A stretch of 64,000 nucleotides of DNA from Callorhinchus milii (taxonomy: Eukaryota). The stretch covers positions 94,676,001 through 94,740,000 of the forward strand of contig NW_024704743.1 of NCBI RefSeq assembly GCF_018977255.1. Reading direction: 5' to 3'. A model generated the notes under the pieces. It was given only the letters and a program-made list of their open reading frames with translations. It ran no database searches and had not been told where the DNA came from. Positions within the stretch are counted from its first letter, which is position 1; each line of letters opens with the position of its first letter. Shown in pieces: positions 25,186 through 38,932 of the stretch. The position numbers were made by a program, and so were the translations under genes.

Positions 25186-25511
25186 AATAATAATAATAAT
25201 AATAATCCTTGCATTTGATATAGCACTTTTCACGTCGGGAGGACGTCCCAAAGCGCTTCACAGAACACACTGTAAAGTGAATTGACTGTATATTTGTGGG
25301 CGAACGCGGCAGCCAATTGCGCACAGCAATGTCCCACAAACAGTCGTAGATTGAAAATGACCAATTTTATTATTGTTTTGTTTTTTTGGAGGGATTATTA
25401 TTAGGCGTGTGGAGTAAGGAAACTTGCCCAAGGTTTCGTCCTGCCTGGAATTGAACTCAGGTCTCTCGCTTGCAAAGCAAGTGCTCTAACCACTGAGCTA
25501 CAGGACTCCAC
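25186..25511 (-). mobile_element. Young tRNA-derived SINE (copy 5)
   Basis: Full head-body-tail match with (ATT)n end. Confidence 0.93.
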
Positions 25512-26289
25512 ATTATAATTGTTTATAATGGGATTCTTCCCCGCCCCCCATTTATTTTATTTATAGCAATCAGCACATGATGACACCCAATGTTTGGATA
25601 AGTATTGTATTAGTATTAGATAAGTATTATAAGTAGCATCCACAGCAGCTGGGAATCAATGCTGCTAATGTTTTGCTGCAAGATTGTCTCAAAATAATCC
25701 TGGGTACTTTTCAAATAAATTGAAAATCCAAGAGCAGTCAGTACACAATCTGAATTATCTGATTGCTTTTTCTTATTTTAAGAAGTGACACAAATCCCAT
25801 TATAATAGTTAACATTTGCAAGAAACAGAATAATAAGGTTATGATCTACAATCATAATTTCTGTAAAGTACATTCTACAAGGATATAAAAAAAAACTTCT
25901 GGTCAGAAATAATATAAGATATATATGTACATAAACATGTATTGTATTTCCCTGGAATGTCTTATTAGTCCTATTAAATGAAAGCCAAAGAGATTTTTGC
26001 TGAAGATTTCTGCCTGCATCGTTCTTATTGCTGGTTGGGTTCGATGTTGTTTTCAGTATAGCAGGGTGACAATTAGCAAGAAACGAGATTTGTATTTCCC
26101 ACACCAAATATTTTATAGAGCTAGGAGTAGCAATTCGTTATTTAATGATACACTATTAAAAAACTTAAGGGAGATTCAGTGGTTTGTGGCAGAACGTTTA
26201 AATGTAAGGGTTAAGTTTAAATGTTAGCTTCAAATTGTGTGAAATAAAACCAGATTTATGCTAGTTTCACAAGAGTTAAGTGCACTTTG

Positions 26290-26460
26290 GTACGTCGCCC
26301 AAATCTTTTTGTGTGACCCCAGACCCTGAATAGTCAATGTCTGCAAGTTGGCATCACAGTGACTGTAGGAAGCATCACAGCCAACACCGTCACATCCTTG
26401 GTCCAGCATCTATGCACAAGTGCTTCTCAGTAGATGTCACTGGAGAGTGATCGGAAGAAA
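26290..26460 (-). mobile_element. AmnSINE2-like fragment
   Basis: Reverse-complement similarity to 19440-19600 and 57960-58110. Confidence 0.45.
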
Positions 26461-26859
26461 AATACTGTGAGGGAATATATTTCCATAATGTAATATGCCA
26501 CCAACTTGCTCAGTGAAAGATGGGCCTATTACTGAAATATCATGCACTTTGTCAAAAGAATGTGATATGGCACAGTTCACAAGCTCACATTTCATAGGGG
26601 CAATGGAATATTACGTAATCTATTGCGCAGTTTTTTTCTTTTACAGCATTCAGAAGAGCTGTTTGCTGAGGAATATGCTTCTGTTTCTAATGAGCTGACG
26701 GGTATTTGCTGCTTTTAAATATAATACAGTATATTGAAATGTTTCCGTTTGGGAAGAAAGTGCTGCAGACACACTGCTCACTCCACAAGGCAGTAAAGCA
26801 GTCCAGAATAGAGCAGCCGTCCAATGCATACTTTTCCTCTCTCTTCCTCTTGCCTACAG

Positions 26860-27051
26860 ATGTTTGTGAGGCTGTTTGTAGATGAAAACTTGGACCGAAT
26901 GGTCCCCATTTCTAAGCAGCCCAAAGAAAAGATCCAGGCAATCATTGAGTCATGCAGCCGGCAATTCCCTGAATATCAGGAGCGTGCCCGGAAGCGCATA
27001 CGCACTTACCTCAAGTCCTGCAGGCGGATGAAAAAGAATGGTTTTGAGACG
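26860..27051 (+). CDS. NOL4: NOL4 coding exon ([24 protein letters not shown]...MKKNGFET)
   Basis: Polypyrimidine tract and tacag acceptor, gtgagt donor, 192 nt, phase 0/0; highly conserved NOL4/NOL4L helical domain. Confidence 0.95.
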
Positions 27052-29714
27052 GTGAGTTGGACTGTCCAAATATAACCCATTCCCAGTCTGCACCCAATCC
27101 CCATACATAAATTCATCACAAGATTCCCCCCTCTCCCACACTGCCATTCTGATGATTTTTTTTAAGTCTTAATTTTGGTAACATCAGTTCCAAGCACCTT
27201 ACCTTTCATCCAAACCATGTTTACCTTTCGTCACTGGTGTCTAGGAGATTATTTTATAACTACCTGAATGCTTGTACTAGAGTTCAAAGGCTGATGACTG
27301 AAGTTTCTGTACTGTGCTTGTTCCAAATATTCTTCCAAAAGCTGTTCCTTGACACGCATACTTAAATAGAAAATCATTTCCAATGCAATGTGTGATTATG
27401 TTTCTAGTTTCTTATTAATACACTGCAGATAACAAACATCTTGTACATAATTTAATAGACTTGCTAAAGACAAAGCCCTGGTGGATTTTGAGAGACCTTA
27501 GCCTTAAGGTATCAAGCACTGGATATCTCTTGGGTTTTCTGTCAGTGTATCAGCTGGGGAATGTAGCTTTATAAAATGAAGTTTAATCCCTGCTTATAGG
27601 AAAAAAATATAGGAATACATTGTGTAGAATATTGTTGCCAAGGTGAGAAAGCTTATTTGTTAGTGTTGTACAATAAGTAGCAATTTGACCATGTAGAGAT
27701 AACTTTTGAATTATACTTCCTACAGTATATTGATTTGCCTCAAGTGGTATTAATGTAACTGATTTTTCAACATCAAATAGATTTGTTCTGTTTTACAATG
27801 AAAACATTACCACGCTTAAAAGTTATGATGTTATTGTGAGCAGTGTTAGATCAATCAATCAAGGAAAGTTTCCCTTAAACTTTTTCTTTTTAAAAATGCT
27901 TTTTTTTTGCTAAATTGAGTATGAACTTAATATTTGTTTGTCGGACATGACTTTACACAAATTGGCTACCGTATTTGACTCCAAATACACACTTATTACA
28001 CTTTAGAAAAAACTTACCAATGTTTTGACTTTTTAGGCACCAAATTCAAGGATTACAATGAAATGCCATGCTGTTGCTGAATTTTGTGTTGATTGGGTTT
28101 AAGGAATTTAGAACATTACGCTTCACAAAAGGCAGTATATAACTGCACGTTGTTGTTGTTGTTGATTTAGAATTCTGTTTTCAAAGATTCGTTTAGCGAA
28201 GACCCTTGGGTGGATAAGGATGAGATCAAATTGGCCAAATCCCTTCGTCATCCAAACCTCTTTTGTGATCCTGTGAGAAGGTAGATATAGGAGTGAGCTG
28301 CTTTTGCTCAAGAAACATGTTGCACTGGACTGCAACATTTACCTTCTGGTCTGGATATTGATATTCAACTCCATTCTAATGATATTCTTTATTTTGCCTG
28401 AGACATTTAAATATTAAGTTAAAGCCTTACCACTGAGATCTGAAAATAGCTGCATCGGAACACATGCCTGTTACGATAAGGCAGGATGTCCCAGCACACA
28501 ACCACTGGAGACTTCCACTTCCGTGTGCTTGTATCAGAGTTTGGATGTCATTTGACAGCACCTCTCCTCTCTCTCTCTGAATTTAACATTTAAAAAAAAA
28601 TTATATTAAAACTTTGTTCAGTAACTGAGATGTTTAAAAAGAAATTCCTCATGTTATTGTTTCGGTATTATCTATAGAGACAGAGAAAATAAGAATCTTA
28701 AGAATGGTGCCAACAAAATTGGGAAATGCTTGTAATACCAAACTGACTGGAATAGCAATTCTTAACAAAAACTGTTAGTGCACTTCAGAAAACCGATTTT
28801 GATAAATTAGGCTTGAGAAGTAATCATTTAAGTTTTCTTAAAATTAAAAATAGTTGAAGCATAAAATCATATAATAGGTATGACGGAAAAAAATGAACAT
28901 ATGTGGACTGCAGATTTGCATGTCAACCCAGGATTTTAGTTCCTATGGTACAAATTGCTTTTATTGGGATATTAATGTTGATGACACTGGGGAGGAAGAA
29001 TATTGTTACTGGACAAAATTACATTCCGCTAATATTTGGTTTTAAATGCTAGTACTATTTTTTGTATTTATTTATCGTGTCTGTGCATCAGTGTTACAAT
29101 GCTAAACAGATTGCTTTTAACTCCACACAAATTGCTTTGGTGTATATAGATGTCAGACAGTGCACATGAGATGATTTTTGACTTAAGCATCCCTCAAAAC
29201 AATATGTTTCTAATTTAGCCATGCTGTAACAAATTTCCGCATTATTCATCCTGGTTTCATGAATCTGTTTTAAGTGAGGCTAGCGATACTGCATAATAAG
29301 GGAAGTTGAAATAAGTGACATTGGCAAATCTTAGACAACTTTCAAATGAATCTTCCACTTACTGACTAATATACTGTGGATTTCACCTAACAAAGCAGCA
29401 TTTTAAATCTGAATTATTTGCATCATTGCCTTTTGAGATTCTACTCCAAGCTGGCTATTAGTCCATTTACCTCTTTTACCACACATTTCCTTCTAGGTTA
29501 CATGGATAAGCAAACAAGCCAGAAACAGTGTCTGGGTTCAATCGAGGTACTCAATACTGCACAATTGACTGCAGCCAATGTTCCCACTCCTCATCGATAT
29601 TGCGCAACCTCCTGCCCTATCCCCACTTTTGTGTGATATCAGACATGGGCCTTCCTCCCCCCCACCCCCCCCATTGTTGATTAGCCTGATCTCCCTTAAC
29701 CCAGAGGCTCCCTC

Positions 29715-29980
29715 TATTTTGGGAACACCAGTCTGTTCCGTGTCCCCTCTCAACCCACCATCAGTGGAAAGCCCTGCTCTGCAAATCTCCATCTCTGCCT
29801 CGCTCCCTCCCTCCTCATCTTTAAAGTCTACCTTAAGATCCTTCTCTTCAACTGCGCTTTTGGTCACTACTCCCCACCTTTCCCTTCCTCAGCTCCTCCA
29901 GCTAAGGCTCCCAGTTGATTTGATTTGAGACGTCCTCCCAATGTGAAAGGCACTAATATAAATGTAAACTTGCTGTTGTT
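29715..29980 (+). mobile_element. Old L2 3' fragment
   Basis: FKSTLRSFLFNCAF-like remnant and GAGACGTCCTCCCAATGTGAAAGGCAC tail. Confidence 0.6.
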
Positions 29981-30134
29981 ATGGGGAGAAATTCTTGGTG
30001 GATCAGAGTTTACTCAATTCCCTCTATTTAGTTAAGAGCATGCAGAATTTGACAAATTCTTAAATAAAGTCTTAATTTTTAAACTTTTTCTAAAAATCAC
30101 ATCTTCAAGACTGAGGTGGATAGCTATTTGGTAG

Positions 30135-30258
30135 GTCAGGCTATTAAGGGATACGGGGCAAAGGCAGGTAATTGGACTTGAGGTACAGTTGAGCCATGAT
30201 ATAGAATGGAGGAACAGGTTAGATTGGCTGAATGGCCTACTCCTGTTTCTATGTTTCT
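30135..30258 (+). mobile_element. CR1-type 3' tail remnant
   Basis: AAGGGATACGGGGCAAAGGCAGG...AGCCATGAT..GAATGG..GAACAGG...GGCTGAATGGCCTACTCCTG resembles shark CR1 ends. Confidence 0.6.
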
Positions 30259-32569
30259 AATTTTTTTAAAAAAACAGCTTAGAAGTTTAGAATTAATTTC
30301 AACAATTTTGTGTAATTCTGAACCCATTAAAATGCTGCATAAATAGAGAAAGTCTAGACCCAGATGGAATTTCTTCCCATCAGTGTCAAGGCACACACAA
30401 GAAGAAAGAGTTATTGGGCAATATACTTGCCCAGCTAGGAGTCACACCTGGGAAGAGCAGGTAATCCCAGTTTAACCTCTCGTGTAACCTCTATGCATCT
30501 GATCTCCAGAGAGTTTTCATGGTGGTATGATTTCACAATGAGGGTTCCATAATGTTTGCTCCTGAATACTGGAGTGTATAACATTTCGATTAGCTTGTAG
30601 CAACCCTAACATTTTGTAAATTTCCAATCTTTTATTTGCTTTGAAATAAACTCCTGTTACTTTATAGACAAAGTGCTGATGCAGTGAGATATTCTTTGCT
30701 TTTTAACTCTGAATAAGGTGATAGGACAAGTTCTATTGTTAAATCATCTTGTCTGAAAACATTGTCGGCACATCTTTACTTACAGGCAGTAATATAGATA
30801 TTATGGTAGTCATTGCTTTGCTGTCTGCTACACATAAACTTTTTGTGAGTTTTTGAGCGGTACCTCATGTTGATTAAAATACCGGTTAGGCAATTATTGG
30901 GACATGAATCTAAGAACATACAAGCAATGTTGCCACACTCTCAATACAGTTTGAATCTCTGCATTATTGTTACAGCTTCAGTCAAATCATCTGTTCGCAT
31001 CAGTGATTATGCTACAGGCTTCTTCCAGTCACCAGTAATGGATTTGTGACATTGTATAGTCAATACTGAAGAGGTGATTTGTGTACTTCTGCTGAGAAGA
31101 GGGAGGTAGATCCAATTCTTCAATTAGCACAGTGGGAACTAGTAAAGAAAATTGGTGTTCAATTTCCTCATGTCCATAGAATGTGGAGTGAATATCAACC
31201 AAGATCATTATCTGAAAGCATGATTCTCTGGTTTGCCTCAATTAAAACCTGTGCCATTCCTTCACACACAGTTGTCAGCAACACATGACATAAAATCTCA
31301 AGTTTGACTCCTTCTTAACTTGGTTAGTTTTGCCAAGGCTCTTTTAACAAGGGATTATCTGAATGGATCATTCCATTGAAGCCATGGTTATGGTCTGAAG
31401 AGGTGGTTTTTGGTATCTCTACACTACTCTGAACACCAGAGCAGATTAGGTAAAATGAAGCATATTGCAATTTGTAAAACACAATTAAAAGTATATTCAG
31501 CAGGCTTGAATAAAGGCTCCATTGTTTGGATTACTGCAGAAGTGCCCTCCTGTGTTTTACACAACTTCAACAGGGTTTCTAATGACCAATAACTTTCATG
31601 CATTCAGTGTCCAAATGAGCAAATAAATCATGCCTCTTTAAGATGTGATTGGATTATATTAACATACATAGCTGACTTTAACTCTGCATGCATGTTGATT
31701 GCAGAAACCTGAATAAGTACTCGATACCAGCATTGCATAAAAATGGTCCACCATTACAAGTCAGTGGAGTAATTTTAGAAGTTCTGCCTATCTGTCCACA
31801 TCCTCACTTGAGCATCAATGTCATTGTGCTAATGGAATCTGAAAAGAAGCAATTGTTTATCAAAAATATCTCACCAAGTGACTTGAGACTTCATCTTGTC
31901 ATTTTGAAGCTTCTGTGTGTTTTTTTTCTTCCAGTTCATCCATGTTGCATTTCCTTCCAACCCTGAATGTCTTACATGTACAGATACATATAATCTCTTC
32001 GATGAAATCATGTTTTTTTCTTATAATATCAAGTTCATGCTTTTTCTCTTATATAGCATTTCTCAATTAATCGCCTACAAAATCATCATGTTGAGTATAG
32101 TGTTAAAGAACATGATGAATTGCGGAATGGCTAAATGCATTTTATTACTTTGCAGGATGCTTCCATGCACTGTATCGGGAACCAGACTTTTAAGTCTAAT
32201 AGGCAACGCAGTAACACAGCGGTTGATTTGCAGCAGTAGTACCCAGAAGAAGATACTGGCTGTTGAAATGTGCAAGCTAATGATTAAATCCAGACTGAAT
32301 TCAGTCCACAGAAAACAAATACTGGAAAAATTAGTTTTTGATGGATTTGCGAGGCAATGACAGATTTGGCCTCTGACCGGTCGTAGTTTTTAATCATTAG
32401 GATTTGAATTTTTCTTTCTTTAGTTTGCAGTATATTGAAGCAGGCAGATGTGCTGCTGAACTCAGGTGGATTTGCCCTCCTCTGAACTACCATCATTAAG
32501 CATTCTGTGTTTTCCACCCTTCAGAAGCCAAAGCCCAGAATAATTTCTCTTTTGTCTTTATTCCCTCAG

Positions 32570-32692
32570 TCTCGTCCCATCCCATCGCACCTCACATCTG
32601 CAGTAGCGGAAAATATCCTGGCCACAGCGTGTGAGAGTGAGAGCAGGAACGCAGCCAAAAGAATGCGCCTGGATGTGCGGCAACAGCAGCAG
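32570..32692 (+). CDS. NOL4: NOL4 coding exon ([14 protein letters not shown]...[11 protein letters not shown])
   Basis: ccctcag acceptor, gtatta donor, 123 nt, phase 0/0. Confidence 0.92.
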
Positions 32693-33224
32693 GTATTACT
32701 ATCACTAAAGTCTGAGGTTCTCCACAGTGCCGGATTTACAGCACAAAGGATAAACTGTGGTAACATCTGCCAGTGAATCATTATCAGATTTGTGCTGTCT
32801 CCATGTCCTTATGTCGTGCTGATATTTGGACTGAAAAAGACATTAATGGATAGCCCAAAATTATGACACTGGTAACTCCTAATTAAGGGCAGTGAATGGA
32901 CTGGTCTATCTCTATTATTAGTTATTAATGAGTTTGGGACTTTAATCAATATCAGTTACAAATTTTCAAAAGTTTGTGAAAAAGTAGCCTGAATAGTGAG
33001 TTGTTCTCATTGCTGTCTGCGATCGCTACATTTTACAGTGAATCCTAAGAAGCATTTGAGACTGATGTGAAAGGTGCTGGATCAAATACAGGGATTACTA
33101 TTATATTATTATTTTTCTGAATTGCACACAAGAGGCCAACAATTCCATTCTTGTGGCTTGAATGATCTGACGACCTGAGGTGTGGCTTGAATGCTCAGGT
33201 CGTTCATTCATGATTAACAGTATT

Positions 33225-33556
33225 TTACGGGTGAATTGCAGCAGTCAGTTTTGCTCACAGCAGGGTCTCACAAACAGCCATGGAATGAGTGACACATTTT
33301 ATTTGGGGGATTTGTTGGCAGGACACCGGCAGAAACTTCCTTCTGTTTTTGAATAGAGCCATGGAATCTTTAACATCTACCTAAACAGGCAGGTTTAATG
33401 TTTCATCCTAAGGACGGCACCTCCGACAATGCAGCACACCCCCAGCACTGCATTGGAGTGTGAGTTTATATATGCGTGATTCCAAGACCTGACGTTAGGC
33501 TTGAACCCATGGCCTTCTGACTCAGATGAGAGATTGCTACCACTGCACCAGGCTGA
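33225..33556 (-). mobile_element. Old DeuSINE/SacSINE1-like copy
   Basis: Head and Deu-like body on the minus strand, homologous to 21553-21953. Confidence 0.7.
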
Positions 33557-36500
33557 CACACAATAAAATGATTGAAGGAGGCTCATGTGAAATATACACA
33601 CGGACTAGGTGGGCTGAATTGCTTGTTACCATGCTATAATGTTCAATGTAATTCTATCTTAAATTTTAAGACAAAATATTTTTACTTGTTAAGAAAAGAT
33701 GGAATTACAGGTCTAAAGTGAGATTTAGCTGTACCTGGTAGTAATTAAAACTCATTGCTCAGATAACATAAACCAAGCAACGTTCAAGCGTTTTACATTG
33801 ATCATCTGAAATTACCATCTTGTGCTTCATGTATGTCTGCAGTTTTTCAACAGGTATCATTGATTGCCACGACACTCATTGTAGTTGATTGGTGAAGACT
33901 TCCAAAGTAGAGAATTCATAGTTGTGTTAAAATCAATAGAAGATTATTGAGTGTCTACAATTGATGAAATGGGGGACCCTTTCTGCAACAACATTTTGCA
34001 TTTAAATAGTTGCTTTTACATAAGATAATGCCTTGGAGCACTTCACAGAAACGGTGTCATACACTTAGCACAGAGGGGAAGTGACAATAGCTGCAGTGGG
34101 CAAGGTAGGCTTTTTGATGGACTTTTGAAGACAGATAGGGAGGAGACTCAGTATACATTATGAACAGAATAATAGATAACCCAGGAGTGATCACAAAAGT
34201 CTGTTGATCTCGTCAAGACATTCCAAAGGCATCTCAAACATCAGGAACAAAGCTGGAATGATTTATGAAGTCACCTGAAGCTAGATTTTAGATTACTGCC
34301 TCAGAATGACTCTGTTATCTGTCTGATTTTTATTATCTCCTTACGTTAGGAGCATTACCACTGCAATGCATTGCTCTACAATCTACCTTTTGTACCTTTG
34401 TTTCGATGCTGTAGTTTGTGTGCTGATGTATGTTCTCATCTTGGTAAGTCTGATAAAATGAGAGATGTTGTGAGCCACTTTCAATGTTTGAATAATGTGA
34501 TAGGATAGATGTGTGCACAGAGTATAGCATGGAGATATCTGAAGTAATATGTTTCTGTGATACTTTAAGCAGTATGGCATTGCATCTGAGGTACATTTGA
34601 TAGCTAACAATCGTCCGAGGATCATATTCACAGTAGGTTATCTAATCATTACTGCAGATTTCTGGAGTAGTTATATTCAATAACAACAACAACAACATGG
34701 ATTGATATAGAACCCTCCACGCCGGACGGCGTCTCAGAACGCTTTGCAGTTTCGGATCCCGGGACTGAGCCATATTCATATATTGATAACAGAAAAGTTG
34801 CACATACAGTAGGTAAACAAACTACCTGTCTTGACCAACAATTCCCAAATAGCATTGGTCATCTATTTCATAGCTGTTTGTAGGCCATTGCTGAATGCAA
34901 TTGGGCTGCTGCATTCATCTACAAATACACAGTCACTGCATTTTACAGTAAATCCTGTGAATTGCTTTGGGACTTCATCCTAGGGTGAAAGCGCTTTACC
35001 AAATTCAAAGATTATTATGATTATTACCACTAGTGAAATTCATAAATAATGCTTTCCCATAAAACAGTTTAAATACCTAGAGTTATCTCATGCACATTGC
35101 TTAAAAAAACAACTTTTTTGCTACATCTTGGTACTAGTATTTCCGATTGTAAAATGGAAAACCATCTCTGGAAATGTCATTATTCTGGATTTGTAATGGA
35201 AGTTGAAAAATCAAATCCAACAATAACAACAACTTGCATTTATATAGCGCCCTTCATGTGGTCTAGCGTCCCGGAGCGCTTTATAATTTGAGGGAAACCT
35301 TTCATTTAATTTACATTACATAAAACAAAAACGGTGGGAAAAAGCACAGTTGGTTTGAAAATATATGTCTTGATTTCAACACAGCGAGGATACAATAAGG
35401 TGGAGGATTGTGAGGCGCGGAATATTTGGAGCCTGGGAACAAGAGAGGAATGTTGAAAGGAGTAATTACCATTACAGTATCCATCAAACAAAAAAAAAGA
35501 AACATTGAACCATAGAGTGACCAGCATTGGAATAAATTGCACTGAAAATAGACTTGGGAATTTTAGAATAAGTAGCTTTTGGTTTAAAACAGTGTGATAA
35601 TTAGGATGACCAATTATAATTCAAAATGCTGTGAATGTTACAGTGCAGTAATGCACCATTACCTAAGAAATAGATTTGGAATAGTAAATGCTGTGACCGG
35701 TTAGGTTGACCCACAGCAGCTTTGAAACTAATCTGAATCTAATTCTGAAGTCTGGGATACAAAAATCACCCCCTCTAAAATGTCAACGTTTTTGAAAAAA
35801 ACACGAAAGGTCAAGACAAGACCCAGGCTTCCAGTGTGCAAAGAAAAAGTGCTTGGATTCTGTTCCATTATCGCTAAACTTCAATTAAGGTAAAGGATTC
35901 AATCTCATTTAGTAATTCAGGTGCATCCACCTTTAGTTTTTTTATGAAAGTGGAGCTAATGTGGCTATTTGGTCTCAGACGTAGCAATTATGTCCCAAGC
36001 ACAGTGGCTGACCTGACATTCCCCTCTGAATAGTTGTCATAGCAGCAACCAAAATTGGACGGGTTTGTGTGCACCGGCTGCAGGCGATGAACAAAGCTTT
36101 GTCTTAATGTAACGCGAATGTTTGTTGCTGTTATTAAAGCAGTTTGAAGCAAGATACCTAATGTCCTTAGCTACTAATGTTGTTTGATTTGTGATCGTTT
36201 TGAAATGCTGCACTTTTGCAGCAGGTTAATTCCAAGGTTTTGTTTACCTTTGAAGATCAAAGGTTTTATTAGTTTGTGTGCAACCAACCTGCTTGTTGCA
36301 CCAGAGTTTAAAATTATTATTATATATTTTGTTTATTATATCACAAAACTACATTTTATTAAAACTATTATAAGGGCGGGGGTTCAACATTGCGGCATTT
36401 GATGTCACTTTAACTGAGGAAAAAGCCATCAAAAAAAGTCAGTAGTGATCATTGCCCTTGAGCTCGACATTCTCTTCCCTCTGTCTCCTCCCCACCACCC

Positions 36501-36584
36501 CCCCCCCCCCAACCCCACCCAATAGTGCTAACTATTGACTGATTTTTGACTACATCTGTGATCGCATTGTCAATAATAGTAAAT

Positions 36585-36927
36585 AGTAATCCTTGCATTT
36601 GATATTGTGCCTTATCACGTCAGTGAGACTTCCCAAAGCACTTCACAGAATATATTGTAAAGTGGATTGACTGTGTATTTTGTAGGAGAAATGCGGCCTA
36701 CAGTAGCGACCCACAAACAGTTGTGGATTGAGTTTTTTTGTTGTTTGGAGGGATTATTATTCCCGGAAAGCGATCTGCCAATTGGCTAACAACCAGGTTC
36801 CTACTTACTGCGAGGTAAACAGAGGCGTGTGTACTGAGGAAACTTGCCTAAGCTTTCGCCCTGCTTGGCAATCAAATATGGGTTCTCTCGCTTGTGAGGC
36901 AAGCATGCTAACCACTGTGCCTCGGGT
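36585..36927 (-). mobile_element. Older long variant of the tRNA-headed SINE
   Basis: Same head, linker and tail as the young copies plus an extra central segment of about 60 nt; CAC in the anticodon-like loop. Confidence 0.8.
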
Positions 36928-37429
36928 GTCCATATACCGCAGTTTATATCCATAGAATGTGAAAAATGTGTTACCGTAACAGTGCGGAGATAAAATTGTG
37001 TTGTTTTTCGCAATGGAGGAATGTTGAGGGAGGCAGCCCTTGAAAGAATCAATGTTCCACACCTTGCAAGCACTTCTCTCGATCACTAAGTAAGGACGGT
37101 TACCTGGTAACATAATTGTTGCTGGACAGCTTGCCAGATACAAACAAGATAACAAGGTGCCTCCGAGCAGAAGCAGCAGGGATTTAGAAGAATTGGATTC
37201 AAATTCTGCTGCGAAACACATATACTTTTCAAAGGAGGGTGACATTGGGTATCAAAATGAAATCAGTTGCACAAACGTATAACATTTTTAGCCACTGTGT
37301 AGATCTGCTCTGTTTTAAATTAAGAGGGACAAAAAAAGGCTTCCTTTTCCATGATCTTTTCATCTTAATCTTGTTCATTACATCGAGTTGGACTATGTAA
37401 ACTCCTGCTTTGTTTGCCTCCCAACTTCT

Positions 37430-38000
37430 CCTTAGGCTGCAGATCATCCAGAACTACCCAGTCTTCTCCCGCACCAGGCTCCGTGACCCTATCACCCCAA
37501 TTCTCACTGACTCCACTGGCTTCCCATCACTCAGAGGATACAGTTCAACAACAACAAGATTACATTTATATAGCTCTTTTCACATCGGGAGGAAAGATCC
37601 TGGTCCTCATCTTCAAAGCCCTCCATGGCCTTGCTCCCCCCTACCTCTGCGACCTCCTACCATCCTGGCCGCTCCCTCCGCTCAGCGGCCTCCAGTCTGC
37701 TTCACATACCCTGCCTCGCCCGCCCTACAAGTGACGCATGGGCCTTCAGCCACTCTGCCCCCACCCTCTGGAATTCCATCCCGCAGTCCCTCCGCCTCAC
37801 CCCCTCCCTGGCCTCCTTCAAGACCCATCTCAATACCCTACGCTTCGATCGTGCTTTCGATCACCCTGCTTCCCCCCCTGCCCTCCACCCTCCCCAATCC
37901 CGATCCCTAGCTCGGGTCCGAAACACTGACTGTCCAGCATCTTGGGACGTCCTCCCGACGTGAAAGGTGCTATACAAATGTAATTTTGTTGCTGTTGCTT
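37430..38000 (+). mobile_element. 5'-truncated L2 3' end with a nested antisense L2 tail (37546-37592)
   Basis: LQIIQN..SRTRLRDPITP, KILVLIFKALHGLAPPYL, AFSHSAPTLWNSIP..FDRAF, then the tail. Confidence 0.88.
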
Positions 38001-38649
38001 GTTTGCTCCCCTCATTTGATTAGTTAGATCACTGTTTTCATGTCAAGAAAGCGCCTCATGGGATTTACCGTAAAGTGTAGTCCCTGTATTTATAGGCAAA
38101 CACGGCCACCTATTTACATGCAGCAATGTCCTACAAATAGCCATGAAGTGAATGATCAATTTTTATCTGGCGGATTGTTGGCCAGGACACCGGGAGAAAT
38201 TCCCATTTTTTTGAATACTGTTATGGAATGTTTAACGTCCACCTCAACAGCTTTGCGACATTGGTTCCTAACTTGTTAAATTCTTGAAAAATTCAGTTCA
38301 TTTCCATTGTATTGATACATTTCTCGCTTGCAGCCCTTTTTCGTGTTGAGGCTTATAAACTTGCTTACAATTAATCACACCACTTTGGAGGTTGAAAAAA
38401 GTGCCCCTGGGGAAAGTTGGAACTTTTTTAGGTGTGCCTCACTGTAAGACAACACGGCTCGGGGGTTGTGGGTGGTAAAGCATGTTTGTCCAAGCATTTA
38501 GTGCTGTTTGTGAAATCTGGGATCTGAGGCAATCTTGGGTCAGAGTTCAGGTCCCATGTAACTGAATGATGTACTTGGGTTTATATTGGAGATGCAATTC
38601 ATGATACAAGTTTCCATCCACATCCTGCTTTTTGTTCATGTTGAGCACG

Positions 38650-38835
38650 TTATTTGAGATCAGTTTATTTAAGCCCTTTAAGATCTTGAATATTTCAATA
38701 AGATCTTCATATTCCCAGCTTCTGTAGCCTCTACTCATAACTCAGCCATCTTAATTTCAGCTATCAATCTTGTTGTCTTTTGCTGTAACCTCTCCAATGC
38801 TAAAATATTCTTGCTGGAATACAGTGACCAGAATT
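38650..38835 (-). mobile_element. CR1-like fragment
   Basis: Minus strand EFWSL.....DLIEIFKILKG remnant, typical of the CR1 ORF2 C-terminus. Confidence 0.55.
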
Positions 38836-38932
38836 CAACCATCCCACAGTTGTGCACCAGGTGCAAGTTAGAGTAATAGGTTGTTATACAAGAACTTTAG
38901 TAAGATTTATCTCCCTGCCTCACTTAGCACAA
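38834..38932 (+). repeat. Direct repeat of about 99 bp, copy 1 (copy 2 at 41673-41772)
   Basis: GTGCACCAGGTGCAAG...GTTATACA.GAACTTTAGTAAGATTTATCT.CCTGCCTCACTTAG.ACAA is present at both sites. Confidence 0.85.
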
